From: a virus
Lineage: Duplodnaviria > Caudoviricetes
Virus record (IMG/VR): IMGVR_UViG_3300047557_002530
Length of the DNA: 64,000 nt
Direction: 5' to 3' (one strand)
The position numbers and the translations under genes are program-made. Within the stretch, counting starts at the first letter, position 1. The number at the start of each line of letters is the position of its first letter. Below, one piece after another: positions 1 to 9,375 of the stretch. Under the pieces are notes generated by a model that was not told the DNA's origin, made no database searches, and worked only from the letters and a program-made list of their open reading frames with translations.

Positions 1-7
1 AGCAGAT

Positions 8-316
8 ATGGATGGTTTGTCTTGGGAAATCCGTGAGGAAACTAACTATGAGGACAACAACATAGAATATTTGACTGAATGTTATGACTTCAATAAAGAA
101 CTTTATGATAATCTCAAACAAATCAAACTGATGATTGAAGAGAAAGACCCTGTAAAACAAATCCTCAACGACCCTAATGATGAACTGATTGAAAAGTTTG
201 TGGAAAAGAAAAAAGAAGTTAATGATAAACTGATTGAGAATGTGCTAAAATGGTCTGATAAAGTTTTAGATGGTATTGATTTGAATGAAAAACTACCCGA
301 TGAAGAAAATGACTGA
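8..316 (+). CDS. hypothetical protein, possibly 5'-truncated
   Basis: Acidic ORF; stop overlaps the next gene. Confidence 0.7.
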   Translation: MDGLSWEIREETNYEDNNIEYLTECYDFNKELYDNLKQIKLMIEEKDPVKQILNDPNDELIEKFVEKKKEVNDKLIENVLKWSDKVLDGIDLNEKLPDEEND

Positions 317-485
317 ACCAACAGACACAGAAATCCTTGAATTTCTACTCAATCAATTTCATCCACACAATCTCCAAATGAATGGTGAAAGTGATTGGGT
401 GTTTATGAATGGTGGGTCTCGTATGAACCATCTAAAAGGAAAAACCGTAAGAAATGCTGTGATTACTGCTATGAGGGCAAAATGA
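285..485 (+). CDS. small hypothetical protein
   Basis: ORF in a coupled plus-strand run; the real start may be the internal ATG of MTEPTD. Confidence 0.65.
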   Translation: MKNYPMKKMTEPTDTEILEFLLNQFHPHNLQMNGESDWVFMNGGSRMNHLKGKTVRNAVITAMRAK

Positions 486-649
486 AACTCTACCGATACA
501 ATAAAGACGGACACCTTTATACTCTCTATGAGCAGTTGAGACCATTCTATAATCTTGTAGCAGTTCCTTATTTTCCCAATCAAGGCATTCTTGCTAAAAG
601 TAAGAGGAATATTTCTATGAATGACTTTATTGTGGTTGCTGAACGATGA
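482..649 (+). CDS. small hypothetical protein
   Basis: ATGA overlap with both neighbours; start moved to MKLYRY. Confidence 0.65.
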   Translation: MKLYRYNKDGHLYTLYEQLRPFYNLVAVPYFPNQGILAKSKRNISMNDFIVVAER

Positions 650-780
650 CTGACGAAGAATGGGAAACCTCACTCAAAAGTATGAATGGGGGGGTGAAGA
701 AGTGGGTAGATGAAGAAATTGATAAAATCAAGTATAATGTAGTCAAAGAGATTATTAACAGAGAATTGAAAAATGACTGA
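646..780 (+). CDS. small hypothetical protein (44 aa, not in the ORF track)
   Basis: MTDEEWETSLKS...; ATGA-coupled. Confidence 0.55.
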   Translation: MTDEEWETSLKSMNGGVKKWVDEEIDKIKYNVVKEIINRELKND

Positions 781-1201
781 CTTTCAACCAACACCACAAA
801 CACCAGAGCAAGTAGATGAAGGTCTTCGTGAGGCTTTTAGACAAGCAATCAAAGATGGTGTGATGGATGCTACTCCTTACCTGAACCAAATGACTTTTAA
901 CACAGATATTGAAAAAACAGAAGCAGAAATCAAAGTGCTTCAAAAGAAACTTGAACTTCTTAAAGAGATTGAGACACACAAATCTCAACCAAAAATGTAT
1001 TTTGAACTTGGTGGTAAATTTGAGATTGTCTCATATAATGGCGAGAATTATTATCGTCTGGAATATCCAAGTGCTATTATTTGGTATAAGAAAAAGAAAC
1101 CTAATGATGGTATGATGCTGGTTCGTATTACTGATGGTGAAACTTATCGTCTGCTTGAAGGTGTATGGTTCAACGATGTAAAGAAGGGGAAGTATGACTA
1201 A
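773..1201 (+). CDS. mosaic hypothetical protein
   Basis: Shares peptide blocks with ORFs 5964-6533 and 6803-7492. Confidence 0.8.
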   Translation: MTDFQPTPQTPEQVDEGLREAFRQAIKDGVMDATPYLNQMTFNTDIEKTEAEIKVLQKKLELLKEIETHKSQPKMYFELGGKFEIVSYNGENYYRLEYPSAIIWYKKKKPNDGMMLVRITDGETYRLLEGVWFNDVKKGKYD

Positions 1202-1341
1202 CACTCAAAAAATTCAATCTGAAATTGATGAATTACATAAAAAGTTTGATGTTCTTCAATCACAATCTGCGTCTTTAAGTGAATTGAATAGTGTGCGAAG
1301 ACAGTTAAATATTGCTTACGAAAAGTTGAGGAAGAACTGAA

Positions 1342-1650
1342 ATGACTGAACCAGAAATCATCGTAGAACGAAAAAAATATGGAAGTTCTGCTATGGATTA
1401 TACTATGAGAGTTTATCAAAAACTTGATGAAGAAACCATAATGATTGATGGTGTGAAGTATCAAAAAGTAGAGGAACCAAAACCAAAGATACTTTATGAG
1501 ATGTTCTGTAAGGAACACGGACAATTTATAAACAGAGATGTTATTTGTGAGATTGTTGAAAGATGGTTGCCTGATGAAGATGATGGTGATGATAGATATG
1601 CTTGTGGTTGGAATGAGTGTCTTCAACATCTAAAAGAGAACCTCAAATGA
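1342..1650 (+). CDS. hypothetical protein
   Basis: ORF with phage-like composition, coupled to the next gene. Confidence 0.75.
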   Translation: MTEPEIIVERKKYGSSAMDYTMRVYQKLDEETIMIDGVKYQKVEEPKPKILYEMFCKEHGQFINRDVICEIVERWLPDEDDGDDRYACGWNECLQHLKENLK

Positions 1651-1916
1651 AACAATTCAACATTAACTCAACAGTTAAAGTTCGTCTCACAGAGTATGGT
1701 AAGGAACTACATAAGAATCAATGGAAAGAATTTTGGAGTTCTGTTGGTAAGTTAGATAAGCACCCATATAAACCACTAGAAACCGATGCTGATGGATATT
1801 GTGAGTTTATGATGTGGAACTTGATGAATAAGTTTGGTTCTTATATGATATTAGGATGTGAAGTTCCTTTTGAAACTACTATTCTTATTGATGAAAAAGA
1901 TTTAAAGGATGAATGA
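1647..1916 (+). CDS. hypothetical protein
   Basis: ATGA overlap; MKQFNINSTVKVRLTEYG. Confidence 0.75.
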   Translation: MKQFNINSTVKVRLTEYGKELHKNQWKEFWSSVGKLDKHPYKPLETDADGYCEFMMWNLMNKFGSYMILGCEVPFETTILIDEKDLKDE

Positions 1917-1922
1917 ATTCCT

Positions 1923-2031
1923 TATAAATAAAAATGTCTGTCGAAACTGCAATCTCTACGGACAAAGGATTAGGTGCTCTTTGGAGCACCTTTTCTGTTA
2001 TAAATAGTAATGCAGTTTCGACAAGATTACT
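1923..2031 (+). ncRNA. candidate sRNA and dual late-promoter cassette upstream of the GIY-YIG gene (copy 1)
   Basis: TATAAATA 1923-1930; stem 1935-1941/1958-1964; terminator hairpin 1973-1990 plus TTTT; TATAAATA 1999-2006; 1939-1951 is the exact reverse complement of 2011-2023. Confidence 0.65.
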
Positions 2032-2688
2032 ATGACTACTCATAGTCCAAGAATTTATACTTACAAAATTACCTTTGAAGAAGTTCCATATTACTATTAT
2101 GGAGTTCATAAGGAAAAGAAATATAATGAATATTATATGGGTTCTCCTTATACTCACAAATGGTGTTGGGAACTTTACACACCAAAGAAGCAGATACTTC
2201 AACTTTTTCACTTCACAGATGAAGGTTGGTTAGAAGCACAAGAAGTTGAGAAAAGATTAATCAAACCTTTTTATAATACAGATAAATGGTGCTTGAATGA
2301 AAATTGTGGAGGTAGATTTTCAATAGAACATCAAAGAAAATCGGGACAAAAAGGTGGTAAAATATCAAGAGAATTATTACTTGGAGCACATTCAATTCCA
2401 GGCAATCAAAAATATTGGTTACAAAAAAATAAAGAAGATAAAATTGGAATATTTTCATTATCACCAGAGGAATTGAGTAAATATGGAAAAATAGGTAGTG
2501 AAAAAGCAAGAGAGCAAAATGTTGGTATTTTTGCTATGACTAAAGAACAGAGAAGTGAAGCAGGTAAAAAATCAAATTCACAAAAATGGATGTGTCTTGA
2601 AACTGGGTATATAACAACATCTGGACCACTATCTTTATATCAAAATAAAAGAGGAATAGACATTACTAAACGAGTGAGAGTATCATAA
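2032..2688 (+). CDS. GIY-YIG (Seg-like) homing endonuclease
   Basis: RIYTYKITF...YYYYGVH...YMGS, downstream catalytic E and LNEN; basic repetitive C-terminus. Confidence 0.85.
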   Translation: MTTHSPRIYTYKITFEEVPYYYYGVHKEKKYNEYYMGSPYTHKWCWELYTPKKQILQLFHFTDEGWLEAQEVEKRLIKPFYNTDKWCLNENCGGRFSIEHQRKSGQKGGKISRELLLGAHSIPGNQKYWLQKNKEDKIGIFSLSPEELSKYGKIGSEKAREQNVGIFAMTKEQRSEAGKKSNSQKWMCLETGYITTSGPLSLYQNKRGIDITKRVRVS

Positions 2689-2746
2689 GGACACTTCACA
2701 AACAGGCACAAGGGCACTTGAAACAGAGTGCCTTTCGTTGTATAAT
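2689..2746 (+). promoter_or_regulatory. palindrome/-10 promoter element E1
   Basis: GGACAC-TTCACAAA-CAGGCA; TATAAT 52 bp downstream. Confidence 0.8.
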
Positions 2747-2769
2747 GACTTCATAACCACAAAGAACTG

Positions 2770-3303
2770 ATGATTGAACCAATAGGATACAAACTTAATC
2801 CAAAGAAACTCAAAAAAGCACCACAATATATTACTCCTTATTTGTTTCTTGGTGCTTTTTATTACACCGAAGATTATGAGTATTTTGATGTAATTAAACC
2901 TTATCTTGATATTCCAGAGAAACCTAAAACTCTGGAAGAAATCTCACAAGAGTTTGATGAGAAGATTGATAAACAGATTGAAGATGTAGAGTATAAGTTC
3001 GCACAACTCAAATACTATCAAGAGTATCAGTTTAGTAAAAAGATTACCAAGATTATTGAGGATATTGAGTATGCGAAAGAACACGGACAATTCCCAGTCA
3101 AACTCACAGTAGGTGATTTATGTTGTTCTAACGTTGGTATCAGCAGTACTGTAGATTGGAGTACAGAGTTTAGAATTGGTAAAGATGAGGTAGGATACTG
3201 GGACATCAAACCAAACATCAAAGTGTATCTGAAAAAGAAACCAAATCGTGTTGTGAGATACTTTACTAAATTGCTTCTGGACTTTACTTGGAAAGATGTA
3301 TGA
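2770..3303 (+). CDS. hypothetical protein
   Basis: First ORF after E1. Confidence 0.8.
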   Translation: MIEPIGYKLNPKKLKKAPQYITPYLFLGAFYYTEDYEYFDVIKPYLDIPEKPKTLEEISQEFDEKIDKQIEDVEYKFAQLKYYQEYQFSKKITKIIEDIEYAKEHGQFPVKLTVGDLCCSNVGISSTVDWSTEFRIGKDEVGYWDIKPNIKVYLKKKPNRVVRYFTKLLLDFTWKDV

Positions 3304-3593
3304 CTAATCCTCTCATAGAAAAATATAATGAACTCTACGGAAAGAAAGAAGAACCAAAACCAGATTATTATAAGGGTGAAAAGTCATACGCAGAAGAACT
3401 GGAAGAACTTCGGGATACTTCTACTATTCCTGTTAGTAAAATCAAATCTTATGACATTAATAGTGTGAATGTTTCTTTTCATCAAGTCGTAGAACAAGTC
3501 AAAAAAGGTGAGGCACAAGTATCCAGTATGAGTATGGAAATGGATATAATGTATGGAACAAAAATAACCTTTGAGGTTTATGTGGACACTTGA
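3300..3593 (+). CDS. hypothetical protein
   Basis: ATGA overlap; its last codons lie inside E2. Confidence 0.75.
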   Translation: MTNPLIEKYNELYGKKEEPKPDYYKGEKSYAEELEELRDTSTIPVSKIKSYDINSVNVSFHQVVEQVKKGEAQVSSMSMEMDIMYGTKITFEVYVDT

Positions 3594-3640
3594 AGAACTG
3601 GCACAGGAGCATCCCACAGGTGCTCCTTTTGCCTTATAAT
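3584..3640 (+). promoter_or_regulatory. promoter element E2
   Basis: GGACAC-TTGAAGAA-CTGGCA; TATAAT at +51. Confidence 0.85.
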
Positions 3641-3663
3641 ACTCTCATACACACAAAGGACTG

Positions 3664-3852
3664 ATGACTTCAAAAACCATATCAATTGGTGATTGGAAAA
3701 TTAAAACTTTGACTGAAACAGAAGTCAAAGATATTATTGCTATGCTTCGTCAGGCACAACAAGACAATCTTGATGATGAGTATTCTTATGATTACTTCAA
3801 AAAATTAGCATCAAAAATTCACCGAATGGGACTTGCTTTTCAATCTCTTTGA
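3664..3852 (+). CDS. hypothetical protein
   Basis: First ORF after E2. Confidence 0.7.
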   Translation: MTSKTISIGDWKIKTLTETEVKDIIAMLRQAQQDNLDDEYSYDYFKKLASKIHRMGLAFQSL

Positions 3853-3883
3853 TATAATACTCTCATACACACAGAAACCTGTT

Positions 3884-4273
3884 ATGAAACCCTTTGACTA
3901 CTACTCCAAATCTCAAACTGCTTATCCCAACAAAAAGGATTACATCACTTATTATGTTTATGATAAGGGTAAAGTTCTTTGGTCTGGTCCTACTTGGGAA
4001 AAGGATAAAACAGAACTAAAAGAAGAATATCCTAATGCTGTTATTCAGGAAGTTTTGGATAATGAAAGATACAAATCACACCAACTTCAATATACAGATG
4101 AAAAGCATAAACTTCACGAAGAGTTTGTGAATGACCTCTTTGAGAACTTTAATGTAACTAATAATCCTAAAAGGCAAAAGGCATTTGACCTTGCTTGGGA
4201 AAAAGGACACGCAAATGGTCTTGAAGAAGTGTATAATGAGTTTTATGACCTTGTAGAACTTATTCAGGATTGA
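3884..4273 (+). CDS. hypothetical protein
   Basis: Preceded by TATAAT (3853) and the same actctcatacac leader as E2 and E3. Confidence 0.8.
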   Translation: MKPFDYYSKSQTAYPNKKDYITYYVYDKGKVLWSGPTWEKDKTELKEEYPNAVIQEVLDNERYKSHQLQYTDEKHKLHEEFVNDLFENFNVTNNPKRQKAFDLAWEKGHANGLEEVYNEFYDLVELIQD

Positions 4274-4330
4274 GGACACTTTCTAAACTGGCACAGGGAT
4301 GCTCCAAGTGTCCCTGTGATGTCTTATAAT
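4274..4330 (+). promoter_or_regulatory. promoter element E3
   Basis: GGACAC-TTTCTAAA-CTGGCA; TATAAT at +51. Confidence 0.85.
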
Positions 4331-4355
4331 ACTCTCATACACAAAGGAACTCCAA

Positions 4356-5740
4356 ATGGCAATTGACACCAGCACCTGCATCAACATCCTCCCTGATGAG
4401 GAGTGGTATTATTCTGTTGAAGACCAGAATATTGCGACCAGTTTGGGTGGTTGTACGATTTCTTATTGGCAAGACCAAAAACGACATACTCACATTACGA
4501 TGGAACCTGAAGAAGCACTTGCCGTTGCTGATGCCATCTACAAACTCTTTAAGAAGAACTGAAATGACTCGCAATCTGATTCTTCACAGGACAAAAATCG
4601 TTGTCTATGTGAGTATTACTCTTGTTCTACTAGCAATGGATTCAATTTGGAAGGGTATTCGTTGGTTCTTTGAGTATCAAGTTTATGCCTTCACAGGTCT
4701 GTTTTATGAACCTTATCAGAACGCAAGGTATTATTGTCGCAAGTATCTGAACCCTAAAACTTTGAATTGGAATAACCGATGACTTACACAATCACCAAAG
4801 AAATCAAAATCCACCACGATGAATATGGTTGGTGTTTTGAGTTCTCACCTGATGAGTATGGAACTGTAAGTGTGCGTGATGGTAATGGACCAGAATACCA
4901 AACCATTCACATTCCTCAAGATTGTATTCAATCATTTATTGATGTTTTAGAACAATACAAATGAACCTCACCAAAGAAGATTATCTCAATTCTCTAAAGA
5001 GTTGGGTTAAATACACTCCTTGGGAATGGATAAGTAATTATTGCGACGAACAAGGTCGTTGCTGGTTTGAAATTATGGGAGAATGGAAACTCATTAAACC
5101 AACAACTGCTTACAACACTATCACTTGTCTTCCTTTTTACATCAATCCAAACTGAAATGAAACTCTACCAGCACGACAAACAAACTTATCAGGATGGTGA
5201 AGTATCTCACACCTGGCAGTTTGGTATTATCAACGACATATCATTACTTTGGGTGAATTTTGAAAGCCCTGGTGGTGTCATTCATTCTTCTGGTGGTATC
5301 AACCTCTTGTTTTCTTTCTTTGGTAATTCTCTTATGAGTGTAGATTTTCAACAACGAAGGTTTTGTTTAGCATTTGCTTTTATTACTGAATACGATGACT
5401 GACGAGCAACAAGAACTTTTAACCTCCTATCAAAAAGAAGTTGAGAAGTGTTTCAAAATCGCACAGAAACTTGATACTCTCAATCCCGAACTTGTTGGTG
5501 CTTTTACTGGAACTCCAAGTGAAAGAATTGAACGACAACTTTATGCTCTTAGTATTCTAAATGACTACTGAAGAAATCCTTGAACTTGTAAAAGAACACT
5601 TTGAAGAAGGTGGTATTCAGGATGATGGTAGTTGCTCCGAGTATTATGGAGACCCTGATGCTTTTGTGAAGTTTGCCCAATTAATGTATGATAAAGGAAG
5701 AGATGATGAGGCAGAACTGTATGTTGATGAGAACTATTGA
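4356..5740 (+). other. run of coupled small hypothetical ORFs (4356-4562, 4564-4782, 4779-4964, 4961-5155, 5157-5402, 5395-5571, 5561-5740)
   Basis: Abutting or overlapping start and stop codons downstream of E3. Confidence 0.7.
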
Positions 5741-5742
5741 TT

Positions 5743-5967
5743 ATGACTAACCAACAAATCGCAAAAGAAGTTCTTTATGCTTATATGGATGTGGAGAGGG
5801 ATTTATCACAACCTAAAATCCTCATTCATACACTCAAACAACTACGCAAACTTATGACTGGTAATCCTCTCAACTGGGAAGATGAACAGGGTATGATGTA
5901 TGAATTTGGTTGGACTGATTGCCTCAAACAGATTGATGCTGTATGTGATGAATTGGAGAACCTATGA
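5743..5967 (+). CDS. hypothetical protein
   Basis: Coupled ORF. Confidence 0.7.
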   Translation: MTNQQIAKEVLYAYMDVERDLSQPKILIHTLKQLRKLMTGNPLNWEDEQGMMYEFGWTDCLKQIDAVCDELENL

Positions 5968-6533
5968 CTGGTTGTAAATATTGGGATGCGGGTTGGTGTT
6001 ATGCTCCTGATGATGTAGAAACATCTGCCAGTTCTCAAAGTGCTTGTTTTGATTATGATTTTTGTCCTTATTTGAAATCACAAATGTCCCAACCAGTACA
6101 ATACGAAACTCCTATGACTAAAAGTGAAGAAGAAATTGAAAAAGTAAAAGCACAAATCAAAGTGCTTGAAAAGAAACTCTCATTCCTTGAAGAACTGGAA
6201 AAAACAAAATCACCTTACGAAGAAGGATACAAGAAAGTTTTTGGTTATTATCCTGTGACTGATGTTGGTGATGCTTATTGGGAATATTTCCAAAAAGGAT
6301 ATGAACAAGCAGAGAAAGATTATAAGGTAGGAGAGTATCAAGAACCAGAAAAAGAACCAGTGTCTCTTTACAAACGATTTGTGGATGAGGGTGCTTATGG
6401 TATGACATCTTTTGAGAATGCTCTTAAAATTGTAAAAGACTTTCTTATGGATGAGGGAGTTATAGAAGACGAATCTGGAGAATACATTACATTTACTCTA
6501 CAAAAATCTCTATTGGAGGTTCCTAATGACTGA
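5964..6533 (+). CDS. mosaic hypothetical protein with a Cys-rich N-terminus and a coiled coil
   Basis: CKYWDAGWC...C...C N-terminus; KAQIKVLEKKL block shared with 773-1201. Confidence 0.8.
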   Translation: MTGCKYWDAGWCYAPDDVETSASSQSACFDYDFCPYLKSQMSQPVQYETPMTKSEEEIEKVKAQIKVLEKKLSFLEELEKTKSPYEEGYKKVFGYYPVTDVGDAYWEYFQKGYEQAEKDYKVGEYQEPEKEPVSLYKRFVDEGAYGMTSFENALKIVKDFLMDEGVIEDESGEYITFTLQKSLLEVPND

Positions 6534-6801
6534 TAAAATCACACTGACACTCACACTGGACCCTTGTAATGAAGTGATTGAAGACCTAAAAAATAGACTT
6601 AAAGAACCTAAAATGACTACCAAACTTGTTGATGATTATGTCAATTTCATTATGGATAGTATGTCTCAACAAATCAAAGAAGAAACTCTTTATGAGTATT
6701 TGGTAAATGAGTATAAGGATTTGAGTGAGAAAGAACTTACTCAACAAATCCTTGAGAATTATGGTGATGAATGGTTTGAATGGGTAAAGGAGAACAACTG
6801 A
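6526..6801 (+). CDS. hypothetical protein
   Basis: N-terminus MTDKITLTLTLD is near-identical to the next gene. Confidence 0.75.
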   Translation: MTDKITLTLTLDPCNEVIEDLKNRLKEPKMTTKLVDDYVNFIMDSMSQQIKEETLYEYLVNEYKDLSEKELTQQILENYGDEWFEWVKENN

Positions 6802-6802
6802 A

Positions 6803-7492
6803 ATGACTGATAAAATTACACTGGAACTTACACTTGACGAGTTGAAAGAACTTGATAAAAACCTCTACTATTGTGAGGAAACTTGGAGTATCTTTGATAA
6901 AATCAAAGTTGCTTTTCCACAACCACAAATGAACCTTCAACAAGAAGGTGATTATGTTTCAGTTTCTTATAATAATACGACATACTATCGTCTTATGGGT
7001 GAAACTACTTACACTTGGTATATCAAAGTTACTCAACCTGTTCCTAATCTTGTGATGGTTGATGATGCCGAAACTGAACGATTGTTGGATGGTCTTTACT
7101 ACAATCATATTGTGGTGAAGAAAGAAACCGCACAAGAACGAGGAGAACGACTTCATAATGAAATGGAAGAAACTATCAAAATTCACGATGGTTATGGTAT
7201 AGTAGATTACCAACCAACTCCACAAACACCAGAACAAGTTGCTGATGGATTGAAAGAAGCATTTAGAGAAGCAGTCAAGCAAGGTGTGGTTTCATCTACC
7301 AAATCAAAAACACTCACAGACCTCATTTATGACTGGTGGGCAGATGTATTCACAACTCATAGTGATTGGGATATGGAAACTTCTATTGAGAATTTGGTAG
7401 ATGAAATTAGTTTGTGGTTGCCGACAGAACACGATACTAACAGTTACAAGTGGAATCAGTGTATCCGAATGATTAGGGAGAAACTACGATGA
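6803..7492 (+). CDS. mosaic hypothetical protein
   Basis: Contains QPTPQTPEQV and YYRL...WY blocks also seen in 773-1201. Confidence 0.8.
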   Translation: MTDKITLELTLDELKELDKNLYYCEETWSIFDKIKVAFPQPQMNLQQEGDYVSVSYNNTTYYRLMGETTYTWYIKVTQPVPNLVMVDDAETERLLDGLYYNHIVVKKETAQERGERLHNEMEETIKIHDGYGIVDYQPTPQTPEQVADGLKEAFREAVKQGVVSSTKSKTLTDLIYDWWADVFTTHSDWDMETSIENLVDEISLWLPTEHDTNSYKWNQCIRMIREKLR

Positions 7493-7671
7493 CTGACCGC
7501 AACTTCAAACAAGAACTTGTACACTCCTGTTACTACGACATGGAGAATGGATACGACAGCGAAACAATTGATTATGATTGTCTGATTGGTGTTATCACTG
7601 AATTGTGTGATAGAATAGAGCAACTGGAAAAGGACAACGAACTCCTGAAATCTTATGCTTGGGAACCATGA
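7489..7671 (+). CDS. hypothetical protein
   Basis: Coupled ORF. Confidence 0.7.
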   Translation: MTDRNFKQELVHSCYYDMENGYDSETIDYDCLIGVITELCDRIEQLEKDNELLKSYAWEP

Positions 7672-8435
7672 CTGAACACAATCTACCAGAAAAGGATGAT
7701 GCTCCCTGGTTGAACACACGATATGATGGATTTATGACACACGAAGAAATGCTTGAAGAAGCAGCACGACGAGAAGCAATCGTAGCAAAAGTATCTGAAG
7801 AAGACTATCAGAAAGTCCAAAAAGAAGTAGCAAACAAAAAAGCACTAGAAGCAGTAAAAAAACTTTATGCTGAAAATGGCGATGCTCTAAAAGAACTTGC
7901 TGATATTGAAAAGGAGGAACGAATGGATGCTGTAAGAACTGCCATTGTTGGTATTGATAAGTATTCCGATGCTCTTAAAGAACTTTCTGAAACAGAAAAA
8001 GTGGAACTGCGAGCAGAACTTGAAAAGAAAAAGAAGGAAAACTTCCAACTGGTTTCTGATGCTTGTATGAAAGAATATGAGCAGAAGTATAATCGTGATG
8101 TATTCCCAGTAGATGAATACTGGGTGTATATGCTTTCTGAATATGGGGCAACGGGGGAAGGAAATACTGTTTGTATTATGATGACACAGGCAATTCCATA
8201 TGGCGCTGACTTTAGTGAAGAGAATAGGTATGTTCCTATCAACTCACAGCAATATCGTGCTGTGAGAGCATTCCACGAGCAGTTTGGCACTTGGCATCTT
8301 CATGGTCTCAGATTTCTCAGTAAAGAAGATTTCTTCACTGAATGTGCTTATTACATTCCTCCTGTGATGATGAAACTTTCTAACAAAAATTGCTTTAAAG
8401 AGTTTCATACCAAAGTTCACTACAACTTCTCATAG
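7668..8435 (+). CDS. hypothetical protein
   Basis: Long ORF with a coiled-coil N-half; stop touches E4. Confidence 0.8.
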   Translation: MTEHNLPEKDDAPWLNTRYDGFMTHEEMLEEAARREAIVAKVSEEDYQKVQKEVANKKALEAVKKLYAENGDALKELADIEKEERMDAVRTAIVGIDKYSDALKELSETEKVELRAELEKKKKENFQLVSDACMKEYEQKYNRDVFPVDEYWVYMLSEYGATGEGNTVCIMMTQAIPYGADFSEENRYVPINSQQYRAVRAFHEQFGTWHLHGLRFLSKEDFFTECAYYIPPVMMKLSNKNCFKEFHTKVHYNFS

Positions 8436-8491
8436 GACACTTGGTGAAGTGGTACGGAGGAACTGCCTTAGGTTCTTGAGCGTGCTATAAT
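8435..8491 (+). promoter_or_regulatory. promoter element E4
   Basis: GGACAC-TTGGTGAA-GTGGTA; TATAAT at +51. Confidence 0.8.
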
Positions 8492-8513
8492 ACTCTTATG
8501 AAAAAGAAACCCG

Positions 8514-9270
8514 ATGAGCACTCTTGATGTAATCAAGTTCTTCACTCCATATGCAGAAAAAAATGAAAAAGGGGAAGTAGTTAGTATGACTTTCCCTTGG
8601 GGTTTTGTTATTGTTCTAATCCTTGTTACTTTATCCTGATGACTTATTCACTCAATCAAGAAGCAAAAGCATTCTCTTACACCCGTGAGGAACTCTTTGA
8701 GTGTATCACCAAGATTGTGGCACATCCACACAAAACCATCACAGAACACGACCAATCCCGTGCTCTTGCTATTATGATAGTTTTTGACGACTACTTCAGC
8801 AATTATACTCAAAGTGATAATAATGGTGGACATTGTGTTTATGAATGTGATGCTATGGATTTGACTGATTTTGTACGGTTCAAACTTTGTATTGATGATT
8901 ATGATGCTGTTGATGTTGATGAGGTTTTGAAATAAAACCTATATAAAAACGAAAACAAAGGAGAAAAAATGAAATTAGGAGATGTAATGCTCGCTGCAAT
9001 TTGTGGTCTTGTAATTGTAGTTTCAGTTGCTCATATTGAACCACATTTTTCAACTTCTAATGTAGAACAGAAAGCAAAATGAGTAAGTGGGTAAAGAATC
9101 CAGATGAAATTGTACTGGAGAATCTCAAAATGTTTCACTTAGAGAGTATGGATTCTAATGCTCTCTGGGTTGGTTGTTATACACAAGACAATAAAATCTA
9201 TCATCTAAATATCGTAACAAAAGATAATCAGTTGAATTATTTTTGGAGTGACGAAACTTGTGATAAATAA
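8514..9270 (+). other. small ORFs 8514-8639 (membrane), 8639-8935, 8969-9082 (membrane), 9079-9270
   Basis: Coupled ORFs downstream of E4; two have hydrophobic stretches. Confidence 0.65.
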
Positions 9271-9375
9271 TTGAACCTATTGAGAGTGCAATTTCATAGG
9301 TAAGATTGGGTGCTTTCGGGCACCTTTTCTATTATAAAGTATTATAAATACCTATGCACTCTCAATAGAATAAAA
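9263..9375 (+). ncRNA. candidate sRNA and dual late-promoter cassette upstream of the HNH-NUMOD3 gene (copy 2)
   Basis: ATAAATA 9263-9269; stem 9275-9280/9296-9301; TTCG-loop terminator 9309-9324 plus TTTT; TATAAATA 9343-9350; 9277-9290 is the exact reverse complement of 9355-9368. Confidence 0.65.

Noticed and set aside
1909-2007. 32-codon Cys-rich ORF across cassette copy 1
   Set aside because: It crosses the terminator and has no counterpart in copy 2; probably incidental.
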